Shown: positions 25,360 to 39,585 of the stretch, piece by piece
Position numbering within the stretch: position 1 is the stretch's first letter
How the letters are laid out: every line of letters begins with the position of its first letter
Source: Lama glama
Taxonomy: Eukaryota
Length of the DNA: 64,000 nt
Direction of reading: 5' to 3'
Assembly (NCBI GenBank): GCA_028534125.1
Contig: CM052828.1
Coordinates: forward strand, 54,994,001 to 55,058,000
Notes under the pieces: model-generated
Database searches by the model: none
What the model was told of the DNA's origin: nothing
The model's input: only the letters and a program-made list of their open reading frames with translations
Position numbers and translations under genes: made by a program

Positions 25360-27349
25360 GTCTCGGCGACAGACTGGAGTTGTCATGCAGGTAAATTCTA
25401 GTTGCCCTCCTGTGTATACCACCTCCCAGCAAGTGGTCCCTGCCTCCTCTGCCTCAGGGACCTCACGTATGAGACGGGTGGTTCGCACGAACGCATGTCA
25501 GGTTCAGAGCTGCGGCCTCACAGCGCCCCGACGCCATGGCCCCTGGCTTTGTCTGGCTTCTCCCAGGGGCAGACCCAGTGACAAGCATTTCCGAGAGTGT
25601 ATTTTATTTCAGCAAGTGAGGAAGAGAGAATGATCCAGGGAAAGGGCAGCCGCCAGCAAAGGGAGTTAAATGAAGTCAGGGGGTGATTAAAATCTTAAAC
25701 CTGTGGGGGAGGGCTGGGAAACGAGGCGAAATACTCAGCTCGGAATTATTCCGCTGCAGGTGCACAGGGCTTCTGGCGTGTCTGCACATCAGCACATCAG
25801 CACAGATGCAGAGACCAGCAGCGGGCGCACTCGGGGGTGTCCGAGAGGCGAGTGAGACAGTGCCCTTCCTTTTCACAAGGGTAAGGGGTAAGTGTTATGT
25901 ATCTGAAAGGATTTGGCACAGTGTCTGCTGTCTAGGAGGTCACTCGTAAGTCCACGTCTCGTGTTCAATTGTATGGTTCAAGCAGTGAGTAGACTAGGTT
26001 GGGCTCCTGGGAAGGGGGGTCGTTCAGCGAATCAAATGGAAAAGCTAGGCATCGGGGCTTGAGACACAAAGGGCCTAGGGCTGCTCTGGTCCCCGATGGT
26101 CAGCCGCAGGAGTTCACGGGCCTTCTCTTTGAGCAGAGCTGTGGGGAGCCCCCACCACAGCCACCTTCCGCCTCGTGTACCTGTGCTTGAGTGTCAGGAT
26201 CTGGGGGAAACGGTCCTCATGGGTCTCACTTGGTCATTTGCTCTGCCTGGTAGTCAGCTGGTCGGTGTGAGAGAAGCACCCCTCCCAGTCATGAGGGGTG
26301 GGGCCCACAAGCAAGACTGGTGTGTGGCCCTCCTCCCCTCTCTGGCCACCCTGTGCGTACACACTTTCTTATTTTCATAAATACAACTTCAAAATGGGGG
26401 CCCATCCTCTCTGCAATAAAAGACAACCTAAGTCTTGTTGGTTATTCCCTCTGGAGGGAGTGGTGCCATTCCTCTCCAAGCTGAAACCTCTAGACAGTGG
26501 CCATTTCTTCCTTCGTTCCATGCTTCTCCCTCAACAGGCAGGCGTTCCCGGGAGACCACAGACGATAACCTGATGCACCGTTTCATCACTGCCTACTGTG
26601 GGCTGCCACTCCCATCTCCGAGTATGAACCAGAGGCTCCCTGATCTTCCCCAAACGCTCTGCCGAGGAAGGGGTGCTGATCAGACTGTGGTGGGAATTCA
26701 CTTCTGGGAAAGTGGGGGTTTCAGTGGGGAGCTAGTTGTTCTCTAAAACCCCTGGTAGCCACTAACATTCAAAAAAAGTGTGTGATTTGCCATGTGTCAT
26801 GCAGAAAAACTTTGATCACAGTGAAATGCAACGCCAGAATTTCTGGTCCCTCAATTAGCCAGTAACACAGTGGTTCAAAGTTCATGATCCTCTCTGTCAA
26901 ATGATTCAAGGCTGCTACCAGCAACCCCCGCCCCTCAGTTGCCAGACTTCTGGGGACACCTGGACAGTGCTGGGGAAGGGGGCTGGTGATACTGCCGTGG
27001 GGGTGTATGGATTTGAACCACCTGGCCCTGAGGAGGGTCAGACACGGTGAATCTGCACAGAAAGATTCTTAAAATGGGACCCTTCTTGTCTTGCTTTTGG
27101 CTGGAACATGAAGACGATAGATTCCTTGCCACAGTAAAAGAAGACCGCCATCAGAAATGCTTAAGTAGGGGTTCAAAAACATCCAGGCAACCCTTAAATT
27201 TTGTCAAGCTTGTGGACATACCTAGAAGAATTTCCTTGTTTCATCTTAAATGCCCCTGGGATAACGGCAAACATGACCAGTGAGGAAGGAAGGAAGAATA
27301 TGAGTGAAATAACCCAATATGTTTGGAAAGAGCAAGTGAAGTTAGAGTC

Positions 27350-28130
27350 ATTTCATTTTAAAAATAGCACATGCCTGTTCCTAAGCATTTGAGTTGGCGC
27401 TTAACCATGCAGAAAGGCATGGCTCCCCATAAATTATCTGCCTTATAAAGTGGCTCTGACAGGAGACCATGAGTAGCCTTAGATGCATTTTGGAGAAGAG
27501 TTTGCTTCATTATTTGCTTCTATTCTTAACATTTTCTCAAGCCAGTTCTTAAAACAGATTTCCACACCCCCCCAAAGAAATTTCATTGTTATTTTAGAAG
27601 AATCTTCGACTGCAACCATGTATAAATCACAATTGGTGATTGCCAGGGTTCATGTCATCAAAATAGCCAAGAATTCTCTGGAGCTGAACTAAAAGCCTGT
27701 GATACTGTGGAGGAATGTCATGCTTGGGAAATGGGTTTAGATAAGAAATTCTGATATTGAAATATCTACAACATAAAGGTTCATTGGCTGATAACATTCC
27801 TCTTAATTTAACATTTAATGAATGATAGTTTTCTGATGCTTATCTTATAGGGATAGGTGGAACCAAATGAATCTATCCTATGGGGAAAAAAAATCCCTTT
27901 GCAGTAATTCAATTTTGAAAGTGAGGATGGGAGAGGATCCTCAGTTCCAGCCTCATTGTCAGACCTGGGACGACAAAGCAGAAATGACCACGTGAGCCTT
28001 ACAACTGTCCAGATGCCTCCGATGCCATCTGTTCTTTCCATTTTGCCATCAGCTGCTTGGAAATGGCACTTTTTAGAGGGGCTTAGTGGGTAAGTAATCA
28101 TGCTCCGATTTTAGCAACAGCAGTTGACCT
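27350..28130. promoter_or_regulatory. Candidate muscle enhancer upstream of METTL21C
   Basis: MEF2 consensus TTAAAAATAG 27358-27367, two MCAT/TEAD sites (AGGAATG 27711-27717, CATTCCT 27795-27801), near-CArG ccttataaag 27441-27450, E-boxes CAGCTG 28050-28055 and CAGTTG 28121-28126. Motif evidence only. Confidence 0.4.
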
Positions 28131-30229
28131 GTGTTGAACAGAAAGACAATAATTTGTTCCCAACAGATTTCTATTAGGAAAGAATGTTTACCTGATGGGA
28201 CTATTCTGGGATGTGCCACAATGGAGAATTCCTGTCATTCTTTCCCCTCATTCTAGGGCAGACTCGATTTGGGAAGCACGTGTTCTCATCGAGGGCTGTG
28301 CTGTCATGGATTTGGGGAAATACGCCAAATGATTTCAGTATCAATCCAGGCAAGGAGGAGCGAGAGAGGCGTGGTGGAGCAGAGGCACAGGCCGTGTCCG
28401 TGGAGCCCAGCCGTCCCACCCTCCCACTGTGGGATCTCAGAGAAGTCCCAGCTCCGGGCTCCCTTCCCTTCATCCACTGGGGATGGGACCACCTCTCACA
28501 TACCGACTCCACAGGTCCACTGAGGGCTCAAGTGAGACAAAGTTTACGAAAATGACAGGGCCTACGTAGGCATCATCGCTGGTGCATTCAAGAGGGGTTT
28601 GGATCCTATGTTGTGTGTGCATCAATAAAGTTACAAAAGAAAGGAAGCGTTCACTTCCGGCCACGGAGCTGATGAACCCGTCGCCCGTGTCCCTCCCATC
28701 CCCGACACAGAAAACACCAGCTGACGTCTTTTCAAAGATGCTTTAGAAATGCATATCCAGGCCCGAAAGAGAAACCCCTAGATGCCCTAAAAGACGAAGG
28801 GAATCAGAGCATCAGTAGGAAGTGAACGAGTTCATGCCACCACAGCCCGGGGTGTGCTAGCTCGGTGCTGGCCTGGAAACCAGAGGCTTTGGGGTCTCGA
28901 TGCGTTCAAAGGACAGAAGATACGTCCTTGGGAAGACAGGATGTGAGATCTGGGACCAAGGTTTGGGGGGGCCTGATATTTATACAACCTGGGGGGAGTG
29001 TCCTCCTTAAGGAAAAACATTTTTAATTACAAATGCAAAATTGATTAGAAAAGTAACGTTGACTTAGAAATTACCAAAATTAACAAAAGATGAAAAATAG
29101 AGTAATTTTAAAATAACACGTTAATAATCGCGATTTGCTATGTATAATAAATATTATTATAACTATGTAATATATTGTATTATATAATTATAACCTTAAT
29201 AATTATTCTAATAGTATATTAAATATTATATCAATTAACTTCCTGGAACACTTTAAAAATATTTCCCAAGTTTTTGGCTGCCTGCTTTTTGATTAGTGTA
29301 TAAGACAACAATATAATATATTTCTTAGAGAAGATAAGGTAGAATGATTAGAAAGAAATTAATTTATTTCATGCAGTAGGATTTTCCATATGGAATATTC
29401 AATCAATCCTATCAACAAACCATTAGAACTAATGGAAGAATTCATGTGCACAAACAATATCATACACTAGCAACATTTTAGAAAGGGTGATTCTGAAAGT
29501 AATTTGCAATATAACCAAAATGATAAGGAACCAAGGAACGAATCTGTTGAAGTTGCTATAGGAAATTGTCTTTTTCATATCTTTCCCTCCAGTTAGCGGA
29601 AACACAGCTCCATAAACACCCCCATCACCGTGGGATGGAGGTGACATGAGCTGTCATAACCCACCCGCTAGGACATTTGCCAATAATGACGCCTTTCTCC
29701 CTACAGTTGTTGACTAGAATTTCAGCAAGAAGACTCAGACACTTTTAGAGCTTCACATGGTGCCTCTCTCTTTCTTTCTCTCTGTTTTTCTTTTTCTTGT
29801 CTTTAGTTATTCAGTTCAAGCGTACTGCACTTTTATTTAGTTATATCAGAATCAATGGAGAGAAAATCCTGAAGCAGGGAGATGAACGTAAACTGGAGAA
29901 ATCTTGCAGAATCACAGAATAATTCTCAGTGCTTCCAGAGACAGAAGAAGCCACTGAGATGGACCCACACTCCTCCTAAGAGAGTGAAAGTTGACAGCCT
30001 CTGGAATTAAAGGTGACATTTGCCGCATCCTATCTCTTTGATTCCAAACGGTATTGTCAACTGTAATGAGAACTTGATGTCTTTTTAATTGGTATCGTGA
30101 ACACATCCATTGGCCAAAGAGGAGAGAAAGGTGTGTGTGTGCGCTTGTACGAGTGTGCTATCAAGAGACTGGTAATGCTGCCTGATGTGTGTACATGTGC
30201 TTTTCAGTTTTCAAAACCTATTTATATCC

Positions 30230-30465
30230 GGGGGAGAGGGGGTGGGAAGGGATAAATTGAGAGTTTGAGATTTGCAAATACTAATAACTATATATATAAA
30301 ATAGATAAAAAACAAATTTGTTCTGTATAGCACAGGGAACTGTATTCAAAATCTTGCAGTAACATAATGAAAAAGAATATGAAAACGAATATATGTTATG
30401 TCTATGTCAACATTATGCTGTGCACCAGAAACTGACACATTGTAACTGACAATACTTTAATTTTT
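30230..30465 (+). mobile_element. 5'-truncated L1 3' UTR, cetartiodactyl type
   Basis: gggataaattgagagtttgagattt...ctgtatagcacagggaactgtattcaa...acattgtaactgac, with a degenerate TSD aaaacctatttata / aacacctattcata. Confidence 0.85.
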
Positions 30466-30659
30466 AAGAACACCTATTCATAAACTTTGTCTCATTTGAT
30501 GCTCACAGGAATTTTGTAGGATCCACAGAAACAGCATCCATACCAGGGGACAGAGTAGGAGGAAAGTTTCAATCAGTCATCTCCACAAGGTGGCTTAGAG
30601 GACAGCAATCTTTACCAGAGGGAAAAGGAAACTAATGGGTCAAATAAAAACAAACTTTG

Positions 30660-31870
30660 TCCATGAAAGAAATAATTGATAAGCCGGACTTCATTCAAAT
30701 TAAAACCCTCTGCTCTCCAAAGGATAAATATACAGCAAAGGAACAAGACAGGCCACAGACTGAGAGAAAATATTTGCAAAAGACATATCTGATAAAGGAC
30801 TGTTATCCAAAATATACAAAGAACCCTTAACATTCAATAATAAGAAGATAAACAACCTGATTTTAAAAATGGGCCAAAGACCTTAACAGACACCTCACCA
30901 AAGAAAATATATAGATGGCTAATAATCATATGGAAAGATGTACTACATCATATGCCATCAGGGAAAGGCTACTGGAACAACAATGAGATACCCCTATCCA
31001 CCAGCACAAGGGCCGAATTCCAGAGCACTGACAACAGCAGATGCAGGTGAGACTGTGGGGCCGCAGGAACTCTCATTCATCGCTAGTGGGAATACAAAAT
31101 GGTGCTGCCACTTTGGAAGACAGTTTGGTGCCTTCTTACAAAACTAAACATACTCTTACCATATGACCCAACAACCTTGCTCCTTGGTTTACCCAAAGCA
31201 GTTGAAAAGTTACGTCCACACGAAAACCTACTCATGGATGTTACTAGCAGNNNNNNNNNNNNNNNNNNNNNNNNNNNNNNNNNNNNNNNNNNNNNNNNNN
31301 NNNNNNNNNNNNNNNNNNNNNNNNNNNNNNNNNNNNNNNNNNNNNNNNNNNNNNNNNNNNNNNNNNNNNNNNNNNNNNNNNNNNNNNNNNNNAGAAAAGA
31401 CATGGAGGAANNNNNNNNNNNNNNNNNNNNNNNNNNNNNNNNNNNNNNNNNNNNNNNNNNNNNNNNNNNNNNNNNNNNNNNNNNNNNNNNNNNNNNNNNN
31501 NNNNNNNNNNNNNNNNNNNNNNNNNNNNNNNNNNNNNNNNNNNNNNNNNNNNNAGGAAAAGGGGAAGTAAGCACATGGGATTTTTAGGGCAGTGAACCTA
31601 TTCTGTGTGATTCTGTAATGGCACATGCCATCCTACATTTGTCAAAATTTATAGGATGTACAACACTAAGAATGAACCTTAATGTAAACTATGGACTTTG
31701 GGTGATAATGACGTCTTAGGTTATAGCAGAGGTACCACTGTTGGGGGGCTGTGGAGGAGGCTGCGCATGTGAGGGGCGGAGTGGGGGATGGGTATATGGG
31801 AACTCTCTGTACTTGCCCCTGAAGTTTACTGTTAACCTAAAGCTGCTCTAAAAAATGAAATTATTAATTA
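30660..31870 (+). mobile_element. Old L1 (L1M-type) ORF2 end and 3' UTR, interrupted by N blocks 31251-31392 and 31411-31553
   Basis: gagagaaaatatttgcaaaa, ORF2 C-terminal peptide PLWKTVW..LTKLNILLPYDP, and 3' UTR tatatgggaactctctgtactt. Confidence 0.88.
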
Positions 31871-33361
31871 AAAAGGCAAACAACAACAAAACGCCTCAAG
31901 ATTGAACATTTTAGTTAAGAGATTTTAACTGCAATAATGAGGGTGGTTTCCATTTTAGTTTTCTGTGGAAAAAAAAATTTGACAAGTTGCTTTTTTACTG
32001 ATCCCTTCTCACAATGTTAATAGAAAACCCTGAGCAGAAATCAGAATTCAATCGTCAAGTTGGTGCAAGTTGAAACTCCGAATTGCAGGACAGCTTAAGT
32101 GCTTTACACATGTGTCAAAGGATCAGCTGATTCAGTTACAGTCTTGGTTCTCTGCCTAGCACAGCAATAACGGTGGCATTATCAGTGGAACCGATACGGG
32201 ATCATCTTTTCATTCCAGACGCATGAATCATTCTAGGTATTGGAATAACAACATAGTGACTTCTCCCGAAGGAAAAAGATTGCGGCATGCCTCAACACAT
32301 AGACAACAAGATTGGAAATACTCCATTACATATACATGGAAAACAGCTATCTGATCTTGCAGTATCTTTTTGAGAAGCCCAGGAGAGACAGGAGAGGGCA
32401 TGCAAACATGAAGATGAATGTGATAAAATGCACAGTTCATGAAAGATATAGGTGTTACCCATCCCAGAATGGGTTGATTCTAGTCTGAAATGCATGCTGA
32501 GTTATCCCAACCATCTCAAACCTTTAGCATTGAAGAGAGTCAGAAAACTGATTGTGGCTCAAATACAGTCTCTCTCTGTCTCTCTCTAGGTCTTCTGGCA
32601 CATGAGAATCTGTAGGATCACAGATCATTTATAAATGTTTCAACTCCATCAAACTTATTACTCATCTTACTTAGAATATATCTCTTTTTTATATTTTATA
32701 GACGTTTCTTATTTAGAGTATGCCTTTTTCCATTCTCTTAGTTTAATTAGTTTATAGGTGAAAATTTGAGCTAGACTTTTAATTTTGCCAGACGGTTGTT
32801 TTTCTCTCTAAAATATTCTCTCCCAGATAATTCTTATTATTTCCTTCAGCACAAGTCAGGCATCACCGTACCAGGAGGACTTCAAATCTCCTTCTGAGTA
32901 TATACCTCTGTTACATTCTCTTCAGTTATGGTCCAGGGTAACTGTCCATAGTTTTGTCTCTTGCCCTCTGGACTGTGAAGAGCTTGAGGGTTGGGAGCTA
33001 ATATGGTTATCGGCATGGAAAAGATGCTCTTAAATGTTTAATGAATAAGTTAAAGTATGAATAAATGATGGGAACTTCTTATTTCTTCAACAGAATTCGG
33101 ATCATACATGTTTAAATAAATGGATGTAGTTCAGTTTCTTTAGATGTGGAGGGTTTCATGTACCAGCTCGAGAGTTCTTCAGCTTAAGTAATATATCATT
33201 CACTTTTTCTCACTAGGACTTTTCTTTCCTAAATTTAAAATATCTTGAAAGCTACAAAATGACTACAATAAACACCAAAATTCCCACCACTTAACCTTTT
33301 ATTGTACTTGCTTCTGAGTTTTTTCAAGATACCGATACAAGCAAAGGTCCTTTTCAACAGG

Positions 33362-34055
33362 TATATGGTGCCAATCATGGACTTCCTGCCTTTTGACTCC
33401 ATGTTAACCCCTTTCTGCCTGCTCTGTGAAAATAGATGTGGGTCCTTTAAATAGTTTTCCTTTGCCAGCTGGGACATGCTAAACCTTATCAGTAGAGGGC
33501 GCCAGAGGACAGGGTTTGCCCCCTAGGTCAGGTGTGCTCCCTCAGCCCAGCCGGCTTCCCCAGGTGAGGCTCCTTTAGAGCAGGTGGCTTCCCCAGGGCC
33601 CAGAACCCGCAGAGCTCACAGCTTCTCCAGGGCTCTATGTGCAGGGCCTGGCAGCCAGCCCCAGCATGGCAGCAGTGTACCCCGTCTCCCCCAGGCCTTG
33701 GACAGTTTTGTAGCTCAGTCCTTCCCCGTAACACCTTTCCCTGGCACCTTCTAGGGCAGATTTCCAATAAATAGGTCCAGCACAACACCACGGCAACTTC
33801 TCTCCTATCTAGGAAGCCGTGGCCAAGCCTTCTCAGCAAGATGTGGATGTCAGCCCTCTTGGTGGGGTAAGTGGAAAGATGGGAGTACCATCTTAGCCCT
33901 AAGCGGGGTGGCTGCTCCTCATATTTGCTGTTTCCACATTCTTTAGGTCTCTTCCTGATAGCCTCATCATTCCAGTCTTCTGTTATTGATTCTTTCCGTT
34001 CAACTTTCCCTGTTAAATTAATGTGTGGTTTCTTTCTTCTGAGTGGACCCAAGCA
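33362..34055 (+). mobile_element. ERVL-class LTR (LTR33/LTR41-like)
   Basis: ccctttctgcctgctctgtgaaaat...tcctttgccagctgg...tcagtagagggcgcc and terminal tgtgtggtttctttcttctgagtggaccc. Subfamily and orientation recalled, not verified. Confidence 0.6.
33489..33503 (+). promoter_or_regulatory. CTCF-like motif within the ERVL LTR
   Basis: tcagtagagggcgcc fits the core (C)CASYAGRKGGCRS. Confidence 0.5.
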
Positions 34056-34699
34056 GAAGGAGGTACCGGCAAGGGTTCCCTGTCAGCAAGTATATTAAAT
34101 TCCTATTTCTCTAATAAGATATAATGTTAAGTAATATTGCTGGTGTAGCTGCTTTTACATGTGGCTGTATGTTACCTGCTTGTACTTCCCGTCCCATTAA
34201 GCACCAGAGAGAATGATTCTGATCACGTAGAGAAGTGTTAACTAACCCTTGGATACTCGCCATCCTGACTCCCCTGAGCTGTAAGTCACTGTGACTGATG
34301 ACTGGAGTCTGGAGCCTCCACTCAGATGGACCCTGAGAGGTTTTGGACTTGCTACTCCCTGATGCGACCACCAGACCCCCCCGCCCCCATGCTTTTGAAT
34401 AGCAGCTAGTGGCTGGTTCTTGGGCTCTGGCTGGAACTGCACACCTGACTCATGGAGGCCATGTGGCTCTCCAGCCTCATATTCCCATCTCAGGTGGGTA
34501 AACTCAAACTCAGTGACTAACAAGATGGGAAAACCCCAAAAGGCTTGCTTGTAAAGTGGGATTCAGCCCATCTGGTCCCAGCAGGGTTATAGCTTTTCCA
34601 TGAAAAATGGCTGCCAACTCTCCGAGGGAAATTTCATCCCCCAAGTCACCCCCTGGCTGCTGGTTCTAGGGTGTCCTCAACTCACAAAGGGGCACAATT

Positions 34700-37600
34700 G
34701 GAAAATTAGTAAGAAACACGTATTCATTCCACTAATTTAAGCAACTGAATATATGTAAGAGAAAATGAGAGGAGACAGGGAGGGAAAGACAGAGATTCCA
34801 GCTCATTGGGCTTCACTGGAAGTACCATGGCACCAATTTCTTACTCTGAAAATTGACAATTACAAGGAAAGAATTATACATTTATCTTGACTTTCAAGAT
34901 AATCAAATAGCCCTAATTGAAGACTGACAGTTTTTATTTACGGGGGAGTTCCAGCTAATACATACATAAGAAATGATTGAAAAGTATCACTTTGCCACCT
35001 CTGATGAAATAATTGAGTTATGCAACAGTCACCGAAGGATCATATCACTTGACCAATGACTGGTGGGGGGTTATAATGGAGAGATCAGGCTGTCACCACC
35101 CGAACCCTTTGATCAATCTTAGCATCACTAAAAATAGAAAGCAGGCATTAGGTGCCTCCAGATGTAATGCAACATGAAGAACACAGCACCAACTGTAACA
35201 TAGTCCTACCAAAAAAAAAAAAAAGTTAAACCTGAATCTAATTAAGTCTCTAGGGTGAAGTAGAAGACATTCAGGGGATAGAAAAGAAGTTAAATAAAAC
35301 CACAGAGATACAGAGAAGCAACTCAGAATGTGGGGCATTCTACAGGACAGCTGGTCGGGCTTATTGAACAAGCCAGTGGCAGGGAAAAGGGAGAAGAGGA
35401 CAGACTCAGTTTGATAAAAGAGTCTTAAAAAGCATAGCCACAAAATGCAAGGCGTGGGCCCTGATTTGAATTTGAATAAACAATGTGTACAAATATTTTG
35501 AGATAATCAGGAGAACTTGGTCATGGTCTGATTACAAAATGGTTCTGAAGAATTATTGTTAACTTTATTAAGGTGTGATAATAACATTGTAGTGTAGTTA
35601 AGGAAGAAACATTTTTATAATTTAAGGGAGGGAAATGACATGTTGTCTAGGATTTTCTCGAAAATATTTTAACAAAGGAAAAGAAAACAGAAATGAAGAG
35701 ATGAAATAAGTGTGGAAAAAATTTGATAACTGTTGAATCTGGGGAAATGGTATATAGGGATTCATTGTACTGTTGTCTGAAAATTAGGGCACATTTTATA
35801 ATGAAACTATTTAAAGTCTTTTGGACAACAGATTAAATAACAAAGTGGAAATTAGAAACCATTTAAAGTGAGTAGCAAAGGAACTAAATATCAAACATTT
35901 GGGGCTATGTAAAAAAATGTTCACTGGAAAATCTGTAGCCTTAAATGCATTCATTATGTTTTTTTAAAGAGTAAAAAAAAATCAAGAAGGATTTAAATTT
36001 GAAACTTAGGAAAAGGGACACTTCTGCATCTAGCCAAGATGTGTAATGGGGACTAGATTGACCCACTTGCCTGAAACAACAGAAAATTGGACAACATGTA
36101 GGAAACAGTAGTTCCCAATACACTGAACATGAGACAACAAAAGAAAGTGATCCCAGAGAAACAGAAAACAGAACAGGTGGGCCCTATGCTTAACCCTTCT
36201 TCTTGTATCAAGTTTGCAGGACACAGAGAAAGGAGACGGAACCCAAGGCAAGCCCAGCAGAACTCCATGACTGGAAGAGATGGAGCTAGGAGTCATGGGA
36301 GGAGACAAGGCAGCTAGAGTTCAAAGGATAGAATAACAGAAAAGAGGGTTCTGCATATAGAACTTGAGGATCTATAAAAGGTCTTTGAGTGTTCAACTGA
36401 GTAGTGATCAGCACATGTATGTGAGGAAACTGTCCACGGCCAGAAAAAGAACCACCTCCCCAAATTAGGACAATCTAGATCCCATATAGAGCTGGGAAGA
36501 GTACTTATTCCCACCAGCCAGAGTGAAAACTTAATTTACTGGTTAACAATTCCAAAGGGTCTTCTAAACAATGAGAAAATTAAAAAAATGTTATATATAT
36601 TTTATTATAGCATCAACAATGTAAAATATTTAGAGATACATCTGAGGAAAGATGTGGAAGAACTGAACTCTGAAAACTATAAAACATCACTAAGAGAAAT
36701 TAAAGACAACCTAAATAAATAATGAGATGTACCATGTTCATGGATTAGAAGACTCAATATTGTTAAGATGTCATTTCTTACCCAATCTATAGTTCAACCT
36801 AATCTCAATAATAATCCCAGCAGGCTTCTTTGTAGAAATTGATGAGCTTATTCTAAATTTTGTACTGAACATAAAAACCATAGAATAGTCAAAATAACTT
36901 TGGAAAAGAGAACAAAGAAGATTTACACTACCTGATGTCGAAACTTCTTATAATCTACAGTAATGTAGACTGTATGGTGGTGGTTGGCATCAAGATAGAC
37001 AAACAGATCAATGGAACAAAATGGAGAGTCCAGAAATAGACCTATATGTATTTGGCCCATTAATCTTGGACATAGATATAGAGGAAAATCAGTGGAGAAA
37101 AGACAATCTTTTCAACAAATGGTGCTAGAATTATTTATCCATATGTATAACAATAAAATCTGATCCATACCTCTCACTGTATACAAAAGTTAAATCAAAA
37201 TGCATCACAGACCTAAATGTAAAACCTAAACCTACAAAATTTTTAGAAGAAAATACGAGAAAATATTTTTCTTACATATAACACCAAAAGCACAGTAGAT
37301 ATAAAAAAGAATATTGATCCATTAGATTTTATCAAAATGTAACATTTCTGTTCTTTGACAAGACACTCTTAGAATAATTAAATATAAGCCATGGGACAAA
37401 AGAACATATTTGCAAAGCAAAATACCAGATAAAGAACTTATATCCAGTTATACAAAATGCAACTCTCTAAACTCAATAATAAGAAAGCAACAACATAAAA
37501 AATGCACAAAAGATTTGAACAGTTTACCAAAGAAGATATATGGATTGCAAATAAGTACATAAAAATTTGCTCAAAATCGTTAGCCATCAATTAAATAGAA

Positions 37601-38310
37601 ATTCAAACCACAAAATACCACTAATACCACTTATTATAATGACTAAAATTTAAAACTGACACTACCAAGTATTGCGGAGGATGTAGAGAAACTGGAATTT
37701 TCATTCACTGCTGGTAGGAGTGTAAAATAATACGGTTGCTTCAGAAAATAATTTAGTAAAAAGTAAAATATAGGTTGACATAAAATCCATCCACTCACTT
37801 CGGTGTTTACATAAGTGAAATGAAGGAATACTTCTATACAAAGATTTGTACATGGATACTCATAGCAATTTTCAAATGTTCATAGTAGCCAAAAACTAAA
37901 CATTGAAGTCTAACAATAGGTGGGTAAATAAATTGTGGGATGTTCATACAATGGAGTACCACTTAGCAGTAAGAAGGAACAAGCAACTGATAGAGCAACA
38001 TTATGGGTGAATCACAATATAATTATACCATTTATGTAAAACTCTGCAAAATGCAAGCTAATCTATAGTGTCAGAAAGCAGGTCAGTGGTTTGCTGCAGC
38101 ATGGGGGTGGAGTGGGTGAGAAAAGGCAGGATGAAGAGTTTTTTTTTTCTTTTAAATTACAAGAACACTTTTGGGAGTGATGTATATGTTCATTATTTTG
38201 CTTGTGGTGATGGTTTCATGGATGTATGAATATGTTAAACTTAGAAAACTGTACAATTTAACAATACGTAGTTTATTGTGTTCAACTATATCTCAATAAA
38301 GCTATTTAAA
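34700..38310 (+). mobile_element. Cluster of old L1 fragments (3' UTR piece, 5' piece near 36020-36540, ORF2 and 3' UTR 36580-38310)
   Basis: ccatgttcatggattagaagactcaatattgttaagatg, caatggaacaaaatggagagtccagaaatagacc, ttcaacaaatggtgct, terminal tatatctcaataaagct. Confidence 0.8.
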
Positions 38311-39585
38311 CAACAACAATGAAATACTATTTAACATTCATCAAGAGGAAAAATTTTAAAGGTTAACAGTATCTGATACTTGTGAGGTATAGAAGAAAAA
38401 ACACTATCATATATTGTTTATGGTATATGAATAGGGAATGGCATCTTGGTGATTTGTCAGAGTCCTTCAAGGTTTAACAGGTGCATTAAAGTGCTGGAAA
38501 GGTAGAGGGCTCTCTGGGAAGATGGCGACCTAAATCCATCTGTGCCACCTTCCTCTTCCAACCACTTATTTTGAGCAAAACAGTGGCTGGGCTTCCAGAT
38601 TTCCATATGGTGCCTGGGGATCTGCCAGGGTTCAGATGCAAAAGGACCCTGCTAGCTGCCCACTCACCCTCTACTGGGCTCACCCCCTACAAACCTGAAA
38701 AGCTTCTGAACTGAAAACTAAAAAACTTACTGAAGAAAAGATTTGGAGCAGTGTTGAATGTCTCGCTTGTCATCACTTGAGGCTGGGAGGCGGTTAGACA
38801 GTATTTATGAACTGCTGCTAGAAAAGGCTGTAATCCAAGAATCCAAATGGTTGATGATAGGCTGATAGAATCTGTATAAATGTTAAAAAAGGAATCTTGC
38901 AATAGAAAGGCATTCTGCGTAGGAAAAACCTGTCAAAAGGCTGAAAGTAAAACATCCAATTATCTTACCTATACCTGGTATTGGGGAAAGGCTGGGACAC
39001 ACAGGAAGCAAAACTGTCTAAAGATCTTATCTGACAAGAGGGAAAGAAGGGGAGATAAAAGTAAGAAAGCGTGAAAGGAATGTCACAGGTTAGTACCGCC
39101 TTCAGTCCCCAGCAAGAGGGTCCCCTGCTCTGCCTGCATGTCTTACAGGGTCTGGCTTTCTTCCATCCAGAGCCCACCTTCCAGGGAGGCAGTGTGGCAG
39201 GGGAAGTGACCATCCACCTTCTTCTGGACCATGCCAGGGGTTCTCGTGATTCTAGAATACCCCATCCCAACAGTCCTGAGCCAACTGTTAGGGGCTGAAT
39301 GTGTTTTTTCCCCAAGTCAGTTCTCCAGGGAATGAACACACACTGCAGGACCCAATGGTGGGCAAAGGACAGCTGTGTGTGGCAGGGGTGGTTGCGGGTG
39401 TTGGGTAAGGTTGATGGAGCTCGCGTGTGTGTGCTGGTGGTGTGTCCACTCCTATAAGCATGAAGCTGTCCTTCTTTGTAGGAACAAAGCCAGGCTGGGG
39501 AGAAAGACGGGGGAGCTGTGGACCAGAGTCCTGAACCCAGAGTGGCCTTCTATGTCACTTTCCCAAGCAGAACTTTAAGAAGACA

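Noticed and set aside
29100-29240. Extremely AT-rich stretch
   Set aside because: Low-complexity expansion, probably within a degraded DNA-transposon remnant.
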